Below are positions 11,720 to 22,900 of a stretch of DNA of 64,000 bases, piece by piece (the stretch's first letter is position 1; each line of letters starts with the position of its first letter). The stretch is from contig CBFFRQ010000014.1 in assembly GCA_965644315.1 (NCBI GenBank), forward strand, positions 1 through 64,000, written 5' to 3'. The stretch comes from Caecitellus pseudoparvulus (Eukaryota > Protista > Bigyra: Bicosoecida). A program made the position numbers and the translations under genes. The notes beneath the pieces are model-generated. The model had not been told where the DNA came from. It worked only from the letters and a program-made list of their open reading frames with translations, and searched no databases.

Positions 11720-14700
11720 CTATGGATTTGGAGTGGACTCCGCAAGTGTGTGGGAAAGGGCTGACGCCCCCCATGCCAGCGCCCTGCCTCGAAGCATGGC
11801 AGGCAAGCTCTGATCCCATGCACCGTGCACTGCACAGTCGCACACCCGGCTCTGGCACACATCTTCTTTCAAGGTGTCACAGACTGCAGCAATGAGTGCT
11901 CTAATACGTGGAGCTGGTTGGTCGAGGCCTGTGACAGCAGCACAGGCTTCTTCCCACAGGTGCTGGACCTGCACCGCAACCTGCCCAGGCGAAGGAGCCG
12001 CGGCCTCACCTGAGGCAGTCACTGAGGCAGCGATACAGTCAGACACACAAGCAATCCACTGCTTGCACAGCGCCGGTGTGTCGGCGGGCAGCTGAGCCAG
12101 AGAACTCGTGTGGGCATCAGGCTCCCCGGCATGCGGCTGGGAGCTGGGCTTGAGTGGATGCGTCGAGCACACGAGCAGCCCATCCTCTGGCACACAGCTC
12201 CCTTGAGTCTGCAGTGTGCCCTCAAAGCGACGCTGCGCCGTCGATTCGATGCACATCGCCACTGCCGTGGAAGCCCGGCTCATCATCGACCCGTCGTTTT
12301 GCTCGGGCCTGAGCAAGACGTGCAGAGGGTCGACTTCCACCGCACCAGTTTGGAAGTGGCCATTCCAGGCAGAGAGCAACTCCATCGGCGAGGGAGGAGG
12401 CGATGCGAACGCCGCGGGAAAGGCACACCGCCGCGACCTGTCTTGCACCACGCTGGCAGACAAAGTGCGGCACGCTGGCTGGCACCGCCCGTACAGATCT
12501 TCAGGCTGCTCAAGTGCCTGCTTGAGAAAGTGGGCCAGCCCCTCCTCCAGACTGCACTGACTCTGCACTGCAAAGGCTTCCATGGCGGTGAGGGATGCTT
12601 CCACTTTCATGAGCAAGCCCCCCTCAGCAGCCACCCACGGCGCAAGTGTGACGGACTGGGTGGCAGGGGGGGGCGCCACCGGGGGTGACGCCGTTCCACA
12701 GCTGCTACTCGCCTTGGACACCGGCAGTTGGGGCTCCTCGTCTTTGTGTGCACCCGCCCGCGTGCGCTTCTTGCCCCGCTTGCGAGGTGGCGCGGCGGCA
12801 GCCTGGGGGGCACTCGCTGGCGGCGCAGTGGAGGAATCACTTGCAGACCTTGCCAGTCGCCCAGTGTGCTCCCAGTATCCCATACTGACAAAAGGAGGAG
12901 GGCGCCTGCGATTGGGCGCCCCAGCGCCTGGATCCAGGCCGTGATCGGATGCATCCCCCACTGGCAGCCAAGTCAGAAGGTTGCACCCGGCAGCTTCAGC
13001 TCCAACTGGACCCACGCCACCTGCCACGCCAGCCACACGCACAGGCGGTAAGCTGGCGAAGCCGTCCTCTGCGATGGGCACTGGCAAGGGTGTTGCAGCT
13101 TCACTGGAGTGTGGGAGGGCAAACAGCGCCGCCACCTCTGCCGCTGCCCACTGCGCCACCTGCTCAAGAGCCAGGCTAAGCACGGCAGCTGCTGTGGCAG
13201 CGATGCTCCCAGACGTAAGAGCCTCCAGCGGCGCTGCAGGTGAGCTGCTTGCATCGCTGGACTTGACCACGGTGGGCGCCAGAGCTGGTGTGACGTCAGG
13301 CTGAGCAGCACTTCCAGCTTCCTCACCGGTGGCCTTGGCAGCAGGGAGCCCTGCGGCAGTGCTGCCTGCTGCTCCCGGCTCAGCCAGCACTGCCGCAGGG
13401 ACTTGTGCGGCAAACGCGAGGGCTGCAGCGACCCTGCGGCGAGCAGCGTCGATGCCGCACTGCAAGGTGCAGTACTTGGACATGGCGCCAGCGGGGTGCT
13501 CACATCCAGGCTTGGCGCAGCGGGGTGCAGGGGGGAGATCCCCGCCACTGCCGCCACTGGGCCTAGCCCTGCGAAGGGCGCTGTGGCTTGCACCCTGTGC
13601 CTCTACGCCTGATCGGGACCAGGATGGGTCTAGCTGCTGCAGGGCTGCGGCTGTGGCTTCGTCCCACCAAGCCGCTGAGGGGGTGAGGGGTGCGGCTGCA
13701 GCGGCAGGGTCAGCGGCTGTTGGGTCCAGGGGCAGTTTTGCGGCCAGCCCCTCTGGCGCAGCGGGCAGGGGCAGTGCCGGGTGGCCATCAAGCATGCCGG
13801 GCAGCTGCCGCTCCTCCAAGCCGAAGGGTGCCGAGCCAGCACTGCTGGCGGGGAAGCGCCCTCCCGCCCCGGTAATCCGCAAGTACTCTGCGCCTGCCCT
13901 CGAGAACATGGCCCCACCTGCGCCGCGTAGCTTTGACAAGTGACCCAGCATGGTCCTCTCCAGCTCGGCTGGCGAGTTGGGGACCCCAGGGCGCCCGGGT
14001 CCCCCGCTCAGCGTCACGTCCACAGGAGTGTCGCCCAGGGCAGCGGCGGCTGCGTCCCACCAAGGGCTGCTAGCGTAAGCAAGGGGTGTCGCCCGGCACG
14101 TGGATGCCGCCGCTCCCAGCAGCCGCCTCTGAGCTTGCACTGCGGCGGCTGAGATGAAGGGGGGGACACGTGGGGCACCCTGCTGGGATGCCTCGCCACC
14201 CTGCCCCTTGCTGGAGCCCGTGGCAATCGCTCCCTTGCCCTCCGTGGCGGGCTTTGGCGCTGTCGGCATCGCCGCACTGGCCTTGGTCTTGCTCGCGACA
14301 GCGAGGCGGAGGTTGTCCACTGCCGCGATGGCGCTGTGCACAGAGCCTGCCTTGTCCAGCCCAGGACCCAGGAGGGCGGGCAGGGCAAGGCCTGTATCCG
14401 CGTCCAGCCACACGCCAGACAGCAGCTGCTGAGCGACGAAGCCATTCCACCGCCGCACTCGCTGAGCTGCGTGGGCTGGCGATGGCCCAGGCTTGGCCAG
14501 CGGCACATCGGAAGCAGCCAAGGCAGCAGCCTGTGCAAGCGACAGTGGTTGCAAATGCACCGCCATGGTGGCTCCCACGGCCTTCAGGCTGGTGTCGGTG
14601 CGGGCACGTTTGAAGGCAGGCTCTGCCATTGCCACAGCGGGCACCTTCACCACCACCTGCCACTTGCCCGAATCTGTTTCTCCCCTGCCAGAGCCGTGAT

Positions 14701-17700
14701 TGATGGCTCCCCCGTCCAGGACTAGCTTTGGCGGCTCTGCCTCATCCTCTGGCGCGGAGAGTGTGGTCTTGATCGGCACATGCAGCAGCTGCCGTCCACC
14801 GCCAGCCTGCCGGGCACCCTGCAAAGGTGGCCCGTCAGCAGCCACGTGCACGCTCGCACCCGACACCGCGGCAGGGGCATTGGACATCACGAGGGAAGCG
14901 TAGTTCACGAGGATGCCAGCCTTGACGGCGCTGGCGCGCGCCGCCCTCGCCCGCATGGCTGCACGGGCCTGGCCCTCAGTCTTCCCAGCCCACGGCCCCA
15001 CCGCCAGCGGCGCGCCGTTGCCGGGAGCAGGCGCAGAGCCAGGCGCATCAGGATCTGCCTGGGACGCTTCAGGCCCCACGCCGGGGGTCGGCAGCAGCCT
15101 CTCCTCCTCTGAATCGTACCCTGTGTCGTGCAAGTCATGCCCCAGCACGGCACGCACTGCCCTGCGCTGTGTAGGAAGCACACCTACTGTCGACGTGGCA
15201 GCTGTGCCGGGAGGTGCGGAAGTGGATGCGGCCGACGTGTCCGACGGCGCTCGCTCCACCGGGTGCACCTCCACCGCACCGGGGGTGCCCTTCGGCACGG
15301 CACCAGGTGGCGCGAACAGCCCAGCTGCCTCCAAGCCTGGCGGAACAGCGAACATGCCCAGGGAGCGAGCGTCCTCTGCACCCGCTGCAAGCCCAGTCAC
15401 CACCTCTGCAGCCGCAGCAGCGCCAGCCTCACCAGCGCCGAAAGGCATGGCGTGCTGGCGGTTCGCCAGGCGGGTCTTTCCCGACAGCAATGCGAGACCT
15501 GGCTCTGTGGGAGCCCCCCCGGCAGCCTCAGACAGGGCGGCGTGGCGCACTCCGAGGGCGCTGCTGGAGGTGAACGCGTTCAGGTCGCGCTGGGTCACCT
15601 GCACAGACAGCGTCTTGGAAGTCTTGACGCTGGCTGGGGGCTTGCCGCCAGCTGCCGAAGCAGCGGCTGGCACACTGCCTTTGCTGGGCAGGGGTGGGGA
15701 CGGCGGTGGGATGGTCGTACCGTAGGGCCCTTTCCGCGGCAGCAGGCCCACGTAAGCCTTGCGCAAGGAGGTGCGGAGGGACAGGGAGGCGATGACAGAT
15801 CGCGCGATGCTGACAGCTTCCCCCATGGCTCTGCCAGCTTCGGCGTCCTCCTGAACTTGTGCGCCACTGCCCACTGCCCGTTCAAGGGAGGGCATGCTGA
15901 AGGACGCCGCAGCCCTGAGCAAGGTGTGAATGGAAGGGGGCGACCGAGCCTTGGCTGGAAAGACGCGTGCTGCGTTGAAAGTGCAGTGCGCCTCCAGCAG
16001 CCCGCCCGGCAGTCCCAGGCACTGCATGGCAGCTGCAGGCTGGCCGCAGAACTGGGACGTCGTGCGCTGTTCATGCAGCAAGTGCGCCAGCTGCCGTGCG
16101 CGGCGCCTTAGCTCTGGGTCTTTGCGGTGGTGCTGCTGCCCCTCCTCCACCAACGCCTGCATCTGCCTCACCAACTCGTGTGAAACGAGCTGCTGGCCAC
16201 GCAGGGCCAGGGCAATGCGGGCCCCTCGTTCCTTGCGATGGCGGAGGGAGGGCGACGGTGCCAGCTGGCTCTGCCGCACCAGTCCTGCCACGCATGCCTT
16301 CAAACTGGCAAGATGACCCGGCTTGGGCTTGAGCGCTGTCCGGACACTCGCCCGTGCGGAACACAGTGTCGACCAGGCAGCGTGCACCATTCGCTCTGCG
16401 CGCTTGGCAGACAACTGCGTGCCTGGCAGTTTGGGGGGTGAGCAAGGCAGCAGGCTGGCTGCTTGTTCCGCACTCAGCGCTCCGTCGCGCTGCAACAGGG
16501 TGCCAAACACGCCTGCTGGAAAGGCGTGCACGAGGCGGCCAGGCAGGTTCCGCTGAGCACAGAACGTGGAAGGTTGCAGGTCTGTGCTGCGTTTCAACGC
16601 CGCCTGTGCACCTTGCTGGGTGAGCTCTCCCAGCCGTTTGCGCAGGCGCACGACTGCTCTGAGCCTGACACCTGCGGAGCACTGCAGGGCGCCGAGCCAC
16701 TGCACAGTGCCTGAGCAGGTGGCAGGGGGGGCGATATCGGCGCTGACAGGGGCCTTGGTCTTGGTCACTGCCTTCTCCATGCTGGGCCCGGCAACCGGGG
16801 CAACCGGTGCTGGCGGGGGCAGGCATGAGACGTTAGGGAGGGGGGGGCGGGATGATGCCAGCTGGGCCCACAGCTGCTGCACCAGGCGAGGCAGCCACCC
16901 CTGGCCTGAAGGCGGCTGGGGCAGCGGCGAAATATGGTGGGGCTGGGACAGAGGCGGGTGCAGGAATGTCAGGGCTATGCCCGAGTCACTCGCGGTCCGC
17001 AGGGCGTCTTTGAGGATGAGGTTGGGGGGCGTGCTGGGGGCCGTCGAGGCCATGGGCCTCACGAGGCTCTTGCCGTTCACCATGACCAGCATGTCGCCCA
17101 GACTGGGGCACTGCCCCACAAAGCCTGCCTGGCTGGAGAGACCCACTACGATGGGCACCTGCACCAACGAGGCCGTTGCCGGGTCGGGGCTCGCGCTGGA
17201 GGCCACGCTGCCGCCGCCAGTCACCATGGGCACCTGGATCAGCACAAGGTTCACCCCCAAGCACGCCGACAGTGCGGGCAGGGCGTCGCTTTGGGGCGAA
17301 GTGGACAGGGGTGACAGCAGGCAACTGAGGGGTGGCCGGTCAAACACCCTGCCACGCACCACGACGAGGGGCAGCTTGGAGTGCGGCTGTGCCTTGGAGG
17401 CCGCTGCGTAAATGGAGTGGGGACCGTGCACGCTGTTGAAGTACACCTGGCCACAGCCGACGATCATGTCCCCTTCGTGCAGAGCCGGTGGCAAGCCTCG
17501 GTCGGAGGTGGGTGCTTTGAGCACAACCGCTCCAGTCTGAGAGCTAACTGCCAAAGGCAAGCCCAGCTTTTTGTTGGCATCACACGTGTGTTCCACGATA
17601 CGCAGCCAGTCTGGCGGAAGCCACGCGTAGGGCAGGAAGGTCAGCCTGCCGTTCGCAATGGACGCCCAGATTTGCCTGCGGAAGTTGGCCTGCTCAGCCT

Positions 17701-17731
17701 CCCGCTCAGGTGGGGCGGAAGACATGGCCAT
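11720..17731 (-). CDS. ~2000-aa protein with two degenerate N-terminal PDZ-like domains and Spp1/CFP1-like Cys/His motifs
   Basis: 2013-aa uninterrupted ORF. PDZ-like segments KLGLPL...LHEGDMIVGCG...LPLVVVR and LGVNL...SLGDMLVMVNGKSL...IALTF. Cys motifs RCAKPGCEHPAGAMSKYCTLQCGIDAARRRV and C-terminal VCQSRVCDCAVHGAW. Confidence 0.75.
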   Translation of the reverse strand: MAMSSAPPEREAEQANFRRQIWASIANGRLTFLPYAWLPPDWLRIVEHTCDANKKLGLPLAVSSQTGAVVLKAPTSDRGLPPALHEGDMIVGCGQVYFNSVHGPHSIYAAASKAQPHSKLPLVVVRGRVFDRPPLSCLLSPLSTSPQSDALPALSACLGVNLVLIQVPMVTGGGSVASSASPDPATASLVQVPIVVGLSSQAGFVGQCPSLGDMLVMVNGKSLVRPMASTAPSTPPNLILKDALRTASDSGIALTFLHPPLSQPHHISPLPQPPSGQGWLPRLVQQLWAQLASSRPPLPNVSCLPPPAPVAPVAGPSMEKAVTKTKAPVSADIAPPATCSGTVQWLGALQCSAGVRLRAVVRLRKRLGELTQQGAQAALKRSTDLQPSTFCAQRNLPGRLVHAFPAGVFGTLLQRDGALSAEQAASLLPCSPPKLPGTQLSAKRAERMVHAAWSTLCSARASVRTALKPKPGHLASLKACVAGLVRQSQLAPSPSLRHRKERGARIALALRGQQLVSHELVRQMQALVEEGQQHHRKDPELRRRARQLAHLLHEQRTTSQFCGQPAAAMQCLGLPGGLLEAHCTFNAARVFPAKARSPPSIHTLLRAAASFSMPSLERAVGSGAQVQEDAEAGRAMGEAVSIARSVIASLSLRTSLRKAYVGLLPRKGPYGTTIPPPSPPLPSKGSVPAAASAAGGKPPASVKTSKTLSVQVTQRDLNAFTSSSALGVRHAALSEAAGGAPTEPGLALLSGKTRLANRQHAMPFGAGEAGAAAAAEVVTGLAAGAEDARSLGMFAVPPGLEAAGLFAPPGAVPKGTPGAVEVHPVERAPSDTSAASTSAPPGTAATSTVGVLPTQRRAVRAVLGHDLHDTGYDSEEERLLPTPGVGPEASQADPDAPGSAPAPGNGAPLAVGPWAGKTEGQARAAMRARAARASAVKAGILVNYASLVMSNAPAAVSGASVHVAADGPPLQGARQAGGGRQLLHVPIKTTLSAPEDEAEPPKLVLDGGAINHGSGRGETDSGKWQVVVKVPAVAMAEPAFKRARTDTSLKAVGATMAVHLQPLSLAQAAALAASDVPLAKPGPSPAHAAQRVRRWNGFVAQQLLSGVWLDADTGLALPALLGPGLDKAGSVHSAIAAVDNLRLAVASKTKASAAMPTAPKPATEGKGAIATGSSKGQGGEASQQGAPRVPPFISAAAVQAQRRLLGAAASTCRATPLAYASSPWWDAAAAALGDTPVDVTLSGGPGRPGVPNSPAELERTMLGHLSKLRGAGGAMFSRAGAEYLRITGAGGRFPASSAGSAPFGLEERQLPGMLDGHPALPLPAAPEGLAAKLPLDPTAADPAAAAAPLTPSAAWWDEATAAALQQLDPSWSRSGVEAQGASHSALRRARPSGGSGGDLPPAPRCAKPGCEHPAGAMSKYCTLQCGIDAARRRVAAALAFAAQVPAAVLAEPGAAGSTAAGLPAAKATGEEAGSAAQPDVTPALAPTVVKSSDASSSPAAPLEALTSGSIAATAAAVLSLALEQVAQWAAAEVAALFALPHSSEAATPLPVPIAEDGFASLPPVRVAGVAGGVGPVGAEAAGCNLLTWLPVGDASDHGLDPGAGAPNRRRPPPFVSMGYWEHTGRLARSASDSSTAPPASAPQAAAAPPRKRGKKRTRAGAHKDEEPQLPVSKASSSCGTASPPVAPPPATQSVTLAPWVAAEGGLLMKVEASLTAMEAFAVQSQCSLEEGLAHFLKQALEQPEDLYGRCQPACRTLSASVVQDRSRRCAFPAAFASPPPSPMELLSAWNGHFQTGAVEVDPLHVLLRPEQNDGSMMSRASTAVAMCIESTAQRRFEGTLQTQGSCVPEDGLLVCSTHPLKPSSQPHAGEPDAHTSSLAQLPADTPALCKQWIACVSDCIAASVTASGEAAAPSPGQVAVQVQHLWEEACAAVTGLDQPAPRIRALIAAVCDTLKEDVCQSRVCDCAVHGAWDQSLPAMLRGRALAWGASALSHTLAESTPNP

Positions 17732-18149
17732 ATGATCCCACAGGGCTCCTGTCGGGCACACTGATCAAAGCTTGCAGCGCTCTTATTTCCTGTACGGCTG
17801 AATAGGTCCGCCTCAGTCCCATGCAGCAGCTCGCGAGCGCGCAGGCTTGAACCCTGGCTCGCTGCTGCTGCACCAAGGCGTGCGAACGCTACGCAGACGA
17901 GCGCCGCTAGGCTCCGTGGCAGGGCCAGCACACCCCGCACCAGGCCCAGGAGCATGCCGCTCTTTGGTAGCATGAATTTGCATTTGAATGTCACCAGTTG
18001 ATTGCGCTCCGGCTTCCAAGCGCAAGTGGTGTCGAAAACCGCTAAATCACCTGTCAGCGCTCTGCGCTTCGCGATTGACTGGCGCTGGGGGGGGAATCCG
18101 CATGGCTTCTGGGTAATAAAGCTGTGGGCTGTTGCGAAGCGCCCGTAGT

Positions 18150-19747
18150 TCATCCGGCCTGCAAACGTGGCGGTCAAAAGGCGCGTGCCGCGGGGTGGCA
18201 GCACTACACGCGCCCACGTCAACACTCAGCGCATCGCATCGCGGCACATGCAGCACGCACTCAGTGGCAGCACGCATGGCGCCAACTTCAATGCGGCGGT
18301 ATTCATCATCTCGCATGAGGGCCCGTTCAATTTGCCGCAAGCGTTTCATCAAGCGCTGCTCCATTTGCTCGTCTGTGTGCATCTGCAATAGGGCAAGTTG
18401 CAACGGCGCGGTGTGTGGACGGAGGGCGGCGAGAGTGTTGAACAAGGCAACGCCGAGCATGACACGCCATCGTCCTTGGCAGACGTACCTTGATGGGAAG
18501 CCACTCCCACCAGCCGTCGTCGTAGGAATCCACAGGCTGGGGCTGGAACGGGTGCGCAGCACCGCTGCTTGGGTCAAACGCGCCAAGCGCCCCTGGCTCT
18601 AGCGCCGCCAGTACTTCCTCCTCTGACACCTCCACCCCTGTTGCTTCAGCCATGGCAGCACGTGCACGGCGCTGCGCTGCCCTCTGCTCCTGCTCTATGA
18701 TGCGAGCGTGGGCTGGTGCGCCTGCAGCTGCGGGATTTGTCAGCGGTGACTGCCTGCGCAGCTCTGCCCTGGTCGGCACATCTGACAAGTCGTCTGCACC
18801 GGACCCCCCCTCCCTGCGCGTGCCAGGTGTGTACCCCGACACTGCAGACGGCGACGCATGCACAACCGGCGGTGACACACCGTAGGCCTCCAAATTCGCC
18901 TTGTTCGCCTGCAGCCACGCCACCCGAGCTGCCGCCGCCTCATCAGGCGTCATGTCATGGAAGGAGTCCTGGCTGGAGCGGAAGGGGGCCAGGACTGCGG
19001 CGGGGCTGACAGCAGAGGAGGCACTGCCTGCCTGGCCGCTCGGCCCGGCGGCCACTTGGGCCTCGGAGCCACGGGGGACAAGGTTGGGGCCGTGCTTGGC
19101 TTGCAGCTGGGCATCCTCCTCCCGAAGCGCCTTCTCCTTCAGCACAAACCGGCGGTATGCTTCCGTGCGCCCGGCCACGATGTCGTATGCTGACTGCGCG
19201 CAGTACGCAGCGCCACCCCACACCAGGGCTCCCTGCGCCCCACGCAACACGCTGCCTGTGAAAAGGGTCGTCAGCAAGCCCCCTGCCATGCTGCCTGACA
19301 CGGCCGAGTTGAACTTTCCGTGCTCGCCGTGGTACGCTGTGAGTCCTTCCCGAAACGCTGCGCGTGTGGTCGACGGCATGCGTTTTACCAGCATAGTGCA
19401 CGACGCACAGCGGCGCGCCTACTCACCGAAAAAGGTGCCACCGAATACCATGTAGTTCATGCCCATGCTGACAGCGTAAAAGCCGACGTTCTGGCGCCGC
19501 ATGGCAGCGATGGAGGCGCCGAAGGCCACACCAAAGCCAGCTGCAAGGAAGCATGGTAAACAAGGCAGTCAAGAAAGCTCAGAACGCCAATGCGCGGTGC
19601 CCAACAGGACGTACCAGCGTATAACGTGTTGCGTGCCGCGTGAGAGATACGATAGACCAGGTCTGTGGCCAAAGGAGGTGTCGGGTGGCGCCAGCGAACG
19701 CAGGCAGCATTTCGATTTCCGCTCTCACCTGGCCCGTCCTCGGCCAT
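18150..19747 (-). CDS. Tim17/Tim22/Tim23-family mitochondrial membrane protein with long C-terminal extension (3' end uncertain)
   Basis: Spliced model MAEDGPDLVYRISHAARNTLYAAGFGVAFGAS...YMVFGGTFFAFREGL...FNSAVSGSMAGGLL...GALVWGGAA has Gly-zipper TM helices. C-terminus WLPIK|MHTDEQMEQRL after an intron. First intron 19728-19663. Confidence 0.7.
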
Positions 19748-20318
19748 GAGCCCGCCCCCTGCGGCCTCCCGCCGGCGGGGATCTTCTGAGGATACTGCCA
19801 TACTTGTTCTTCGAAGCGTCGGCACCCCCCACTCGCTAGCCCTTCAACCTGAGGCGTCCACAGGCCAGGTTGTGTGGCTTTGGCCTCGTCACTCGCTCAA
19901 GGCCACCAACCCAACCAGAGCTGGACTGCAGTGACACAAGCAAATGCTCGGTCAACAGTGCGGCGCGAAGGCGACATGTTCGTGGCTTGTGATTTGGCTG
20001 TGCCAGATGCTGCCTGCGCATTGATCCTGGCACTGCGTACCACGCCTGCGCGTGTTGGCACTTCGTGCACAGGCCTCAGCGGGCTGCCACAGCAGGGCTG
20101 GCACGCACACACTGCCAAACAATTCAATTCACTATCTCTACACATCGCCGGGCTGGCAGTCGTGCTCACTGTGATTGCAGCCTTGTGCTTAGCTCGCAAG
20201 TCTCGTTGGCGTGTCTGCACTTCCCTCATCCAAGCTCGCGAGAGCAGCTCGCTGACTCAGGCCCTTGCTTTGCAGCGCTGCCCAGTGTGCCCTTGCTTAG
20301 TAGTTGTTCCTTTGAGCC

Positions 20319-21571
20319 ATGGACCCCCAGCTTCTAGCACAACTGGCGGCCGTGCGTGCAGCGCTGCAGCATCCGACGGCGCTTGGCGTTGCGGTGATGA
20401 AACGCCACGCTAGCACACTCCCCCTCACCCTGCACCCCAGATGCAAGGCGGCGGGCAGATGCCTGGTGCAGGAGATCAGCCCATGTTGGACACTGCGGAG
20501 ACTGTGTACATTTCTTCCCTTGCGCTGTTGAAGATGCTCAAGCACGGTGAGTTGCATGCTACTGACTGGCTCGGCGAAACGCCGGGCGTGCGGCGGACCT
20601 ACACGTCGTCACCTGCTGCCGCGGCTCAGGGCGGGCCGGCGTGCCCTTCGAGGTCATGGGCCTGATGCTGGGTGACTTCGTGGATGAGTACACCGTGAAG
20701 GTGGTGGACGTCTTTGCCATGCCCCAACGAGGCACCAGCATGACGGTGGAGGCGGTGGACCCAGTGTTTCAGCAGCAGATGATGGAGATGCTGCGGCAGA
20801 CAGGGCGCCCTGAGGCAGTGGTGGGGTGGTACCACTCCCACCCTGGCTGGGGTTGCTGGCTTTCTGGTGTGGACGTCAACACACAGCAGTCCTTCGAGCA
20901 GCTGAACGCGCGGTCGGTGGCGGTGGTGGTGGACCCTGTCATCTCCGTGAAGGGCAAGGTGGTCATCGATGCCTTCCGGTGCATCCCTCGCCAGATGGCC
21001 ATGATGGGCATCACGCCTCGCCAGACCACCTCCCTGCTGGGGCACCTGAAAAAGCCCACCATCCAGGCCCTCATGCACGGCCTGAACCGGCACTACTACA
21101 GCATGGTCATCTCCTTCCGCATGAATGCGCTGGAGACGAAGATGCTGAAGAACTTGAACAAGTGCGTGCAGCGCTGCGCACTGGCCCGGCCCACCCCTCA
21201 CCGCGCCCGCGCCACCCCGCCCTGCCACAGGAAGAACTGGAAGGCTGGCCTGCACCTGGCGCCATTTGAGGACATCGCAAAGAAAAATGCCCAGACGACT
21301 GAGCGCATGGTGGGGCTGGTGGAGGCATACGCGAAGCAGATTGAGGTGCGTGAGATGCTGGGTGCCATTGCGTTGGCCTGCACCTGCTCACTCCGAGTCC
21401 CGTTTCCCTCCTTGGCCGCAGGATGAGGCTGGCAAGAGCACCAAGCAGCTGGCTGTGGAGAGGGCAGGCCAGACAGACAGCAAGAAGCAGCTGACCGCTG
21501 CAGCGGAGAGCTTGATGGTGGGTAGCATTGTGCAGACGCTGGGCATGATGATGGACGCAGTGGTTTTCTGA
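20319..21571 (+). CDS. RPN11: 26S proteasome lid deubiquitinase Rpn11/PSMD14 (JAMM/MPN+)
   Basis: [34 protein letters not shown] and [27 protein letters not shown]. Introns 20352-20440, 20547-20629, 21162-21230, 21346-21421. Confidence 0.96.
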
Positions 21572-21600
21572 GGTGCCATGGGAAAGGGGGGGGGGATGCC

Positions 21601-21608
21601 AATGCATT
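21601..21608. terminator. Palindromic AATGCATT between convergent stop codons; candidate bidirectional 3'-processing signal
   Basis: About 30 nt from both the RPN11 stop (21571) and the C2HC gene stop (21640). Confidence 0.45.
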
Positions 21609-21639
21609 GTTTGAGAAAGCACACGCGCAACCCAGGCGC

Positions 21640-22753
<1,114 letters not shown>

Positions 22754-22900
22754 GGTTGCAGTGGCTGTTGTGGGCGGACGCGAGGGGGCCACGCCGTCAC
22801 GGGGGCGGAAGAGACTGCAAGGCTGTGCTGCCTCGTGGGCAGTCGTGCAGGCCCAGCAAGATGGAGGGGTTTGGATTGTGCCTGCGCCTGGCGTTGGCGC

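Noticed and set aside
18115-18120. Canonical AATAAA hexamer
   Set aside because: It is on the plus strand, while the surrounding genes are on the minus strand, so it is not placed as a poly(A) signal.
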